A stretch of 64,000 nt of DNA from Escherichia coli (GTDB taxonomy: Bacteria > Pseudomonadota > Gammaproteobacteria > Enterobacterales > Enterobacteriaceae): NCBI RefSeq assembly GCF_003018235.1, contig NZ_CP027437.1. One strand, written 5' to 3'. This document shows, in pieces, positions 62,474-64,000 of this stretch. Positions within the stretch are counted from its first letter, which is position 1; each line of letters starts with the position of its first letter. The notes under the pieces were generated by a model. That model was not told where the DNA came from and made no database searches. It saw only the letters and a list, made by a program, of their open reading frames with translations. The position numbers were made by a program, and so were the translations under genes.

Positions 62474-62677
62474 ATGTTTGGTAACTTAGGACAGGCAAAA
62501 AAATATCTCGGCCAGGCGGCAAAGATGTTGATTGGCATTCCAGACTACGACAACTACGTCGAGCATATGAAGACCAACCATCCCGACAAGCCGTACATGA
62601 GCTATGAAGAATTCTTCCGCGAACGCCAGAACGCGCGCTACGGCGGCGATGGTAAAGGCGGTATGCGCTGTTGTTAA
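62474..62677 (+). CDS. yjiX: YbdD/YjiX-family small protein
   Basis: 67 aa, [19 protein letters not shown]. Confidence 0.85.
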
Positions 62678-62687
62678 TGGAGAGAGC

Positions 62688-63644
62688 ATGAACCCGATTG
62701 CAGTTACCCTACTCACCGGTTTTTTAGGCGCGGGCAAAACCACCCTGCTGCGCCATATTCTTAACGAACAACACGGCTACAAGATTGCCGTGATTGAAAA
62801 CGAATTCGGCGAAGTCTCCGTTGATGATCAATTGATTGGTGATCGCGCCAGGCAGATCAAAACGCTGACCAACGGCTGCATCTGCTGTTCGCGCTCCAAC
62901 GAGCTGGAAGACGCACTACTCGACCTGCTGGATAATCTCGACAAGGGCAATATTCAGTTCGATCGTCTGGTCATTGAATGCACCGGCATGGCCGATCCCG
63001 GCCCGATTATTCAGACCTTTTTCTCCCATGAGATTTTATGCCAGCGCTACCTGCTGGACGGCGTGATTGCGCTGGTGGATGCGGTACATGCCGATGAGCA
63101 GATGAACCAGTTCACCATCGCCCAGTCCCAGGTGGGCTACGCCGACCGTATTCTGCTGACTAAAACCGACGTCGCAGGTGAAGCAGAAAAACTGCGCGAA
63201 CGCCTGGCACGCATCAACGCCCGCGCACCGGTCTACACCGTCACCCACGGTGACATCGACCTGGGCCTGTTGTTCAACACCAACGGTTTTATGCTGGAAG
63301 AAAACGTCGTCAGCACCAAACCGCGTTTCCACTTTATCGCGGATAAACAAAACGATATTTCGTCGATTGTGGTGGAACTGGATTACCCGGTAGATATCAG
63401 CGAAGTTTCCCGCGTGATGGAAAACCTGCTGCTGGAATCGGCAGATAAACTGCTGCGTTACAAAGGGATGCTGTGGATTGACGGCGAACCTAACCGCCTG
63501 CTGTTCCAGGGCGTCCAGCGCCTCTACAGCGCCGACTGGGACAGGCCGTGGGGTGATGAAACACCGCATAGCACAATGGTGTTTATCGGGATTCAGCTGC
63601 CGGAGGATGAGATTCGGGCAGCGTTTGCGGGGTTGAGGAAGTAA
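62688..63644 (+). CDS. yjiA: COG0523 metal-binding GTPase YjiA
   Basis: 318 aa from MNPIAVTLLTGFLGAGKTTLL. CICC motif present. Confidence 0.9.
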   Translation: MNPIAVTLLTGFLGAGKTTLLRHILNEQHGYKIAVIENEFGEVSVDDQLIGDRARQIKTLTNGCICCSRSNELEDALLDLLDNLDKGNIQFDRLVIECTGMADPGPIIQTFFSHEILCQRYLLDGVIALVDAVHADEQMNQFTIAQSQVGYADRILLTKTDVAGEAEKLRERLARINARAPVYTVTHGDIDLGLLFNTNGFMLEENVVSTKPRFHFIADKQNDISSIVVELDYPVDISEVSRVMENLLLESADKLLRYKGMLWIDGEPNRLLFQGVQRLYSADWDRPWGDETPHSTMVFIGIQLPEDEIRAAFAGLRK

Positions 63645-63654
63645 GGGGTTATGG

Positions 63655-63680
63655 GCCGGATAAGGCGCAGCCGCATCCGG
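63655..63680. repeat. REP element
   Basis: GCCGGATAAGGCGCAGCCGCATCCGG. Confidence 0.8.
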
Positions 63681-63689
63681 TCTGATATT

Positions 63690-64000
63690 TCACTCAAAAT
63701 AGTCCATATCCAGTTTCGGCACCTTCAACAAACGTGAAGAAACCCCTACTTCGTTTTCGATCATTAAGTGCACCAGGCGTTCCCCATCAACCAGCACCAT
63801 ACCCTCGACGGATTGGGCAAAGTCACGCGCCTGAGAAGTAAATCCAGAAGTGGTAATAAACACCCCACGTTTCGCTTTTTGCCCAGCCAGTGCGCCGTAA
63901 AATGCCTGTAATTCTGGCCTGCCTACAGTATTCTGCCAACGTTTTGCCTGAACATAAACTTTCTCCAGGCCAAGTTTATCAAGCGATATCACACCATCGA
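63690..64000 (-). CDS. mrr: Mrr restriction endonuclease, C-terminal part (gene continues beyond the window)
   Basis: ...VYVQAKRWQNTVGRPELQAFYGALAGQKAKRGVFITTSGFTSQARDFA... is the Mrr catalytic-domain pattern. The reading frame is open to the window edge. Confidence 0.85.
   Translation of the reverse strand, partial: DGVISLDKLGLEKVYVQAKRWQNTVGRPELQAFYGALAGQKAKRGVFITTSGFTSQARDFAQSVEGMVLVDGERLVHLMIENEVGVSSRLLKVPKLDMDYFE

Overview
Escherichia coli chromosome, prfC/yjjG-to-mrr region, in reverse orientation relative to K-12 numbering (gene order recalled from memory). Everything here is hand analysis; no database search was possible.

**Prophage, 1 to about 30042.** This is the integrase-proximal ~30 kb of a degenerate lambdoid prophage inserted into codon ~23 of prfC.
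- The minus strand carries the rightward and late genes: cro, a cII-like gene, an O-like gene, the nin region with RusA, Q, pR'/tR', two tRNAs, NanS-p esterase, a pinholin / SAR-endolysin / Rz-Rz1 lysis cassette, Rha, HNH, TerS and TerL.
- The plus strand carries cI and a pL operon of YfdPQRST-like genes plus Xis.
- I found no Shiga toxin genes at the Q-tRNA-nanS position.

**Decay of the prophage.**
- TerL is cut by an IS3-family end at the window edge.
- A class-C group II intron sits behind a late-operon terminator and is itself split by a complete IS100 (5-bp target duplication) whose istA carries an in-frame stop.
- Several phage genes carry a nonsense or frameshift lesion.

**Items most worth follow-up.**
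- A GC-rich multi-hairpin RNA module lies in a long untranslated pL leader. Its exact 22-nt hairpin core recurs, co-oriented with transcription, just upstream of a late-operon terminator. The phage has no recognisable N gene.
- A TerB-like-repeat/BRCT gene occupies the immunity region at the rexAB-type position and is interrupted by one in-frame TGA.
- An AT-rich orphan gene with an Rx5H (HEPN-like) motif lies between xis and int.
- An unassignable 278-aa ORF is translationally coupled inside the replication module.

**Core chromosome, 30.0-64 kb.** yjjG, rimI, holD, rsmC, leuQPV, yjjZ, fhuF, bglJ-yjjQ, yjjPB, dnaTC, yjjA, opgB, lgoDRT and tsr. Then comes the 4-hydroxyphenylacetate (hpa) catabolic island, which is absent from K-12 as I recall and here carries an extra secreted MBL-fold hydrolase. 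It is followed by btsT, yjiX, yjiA and the 3' part of mrr.
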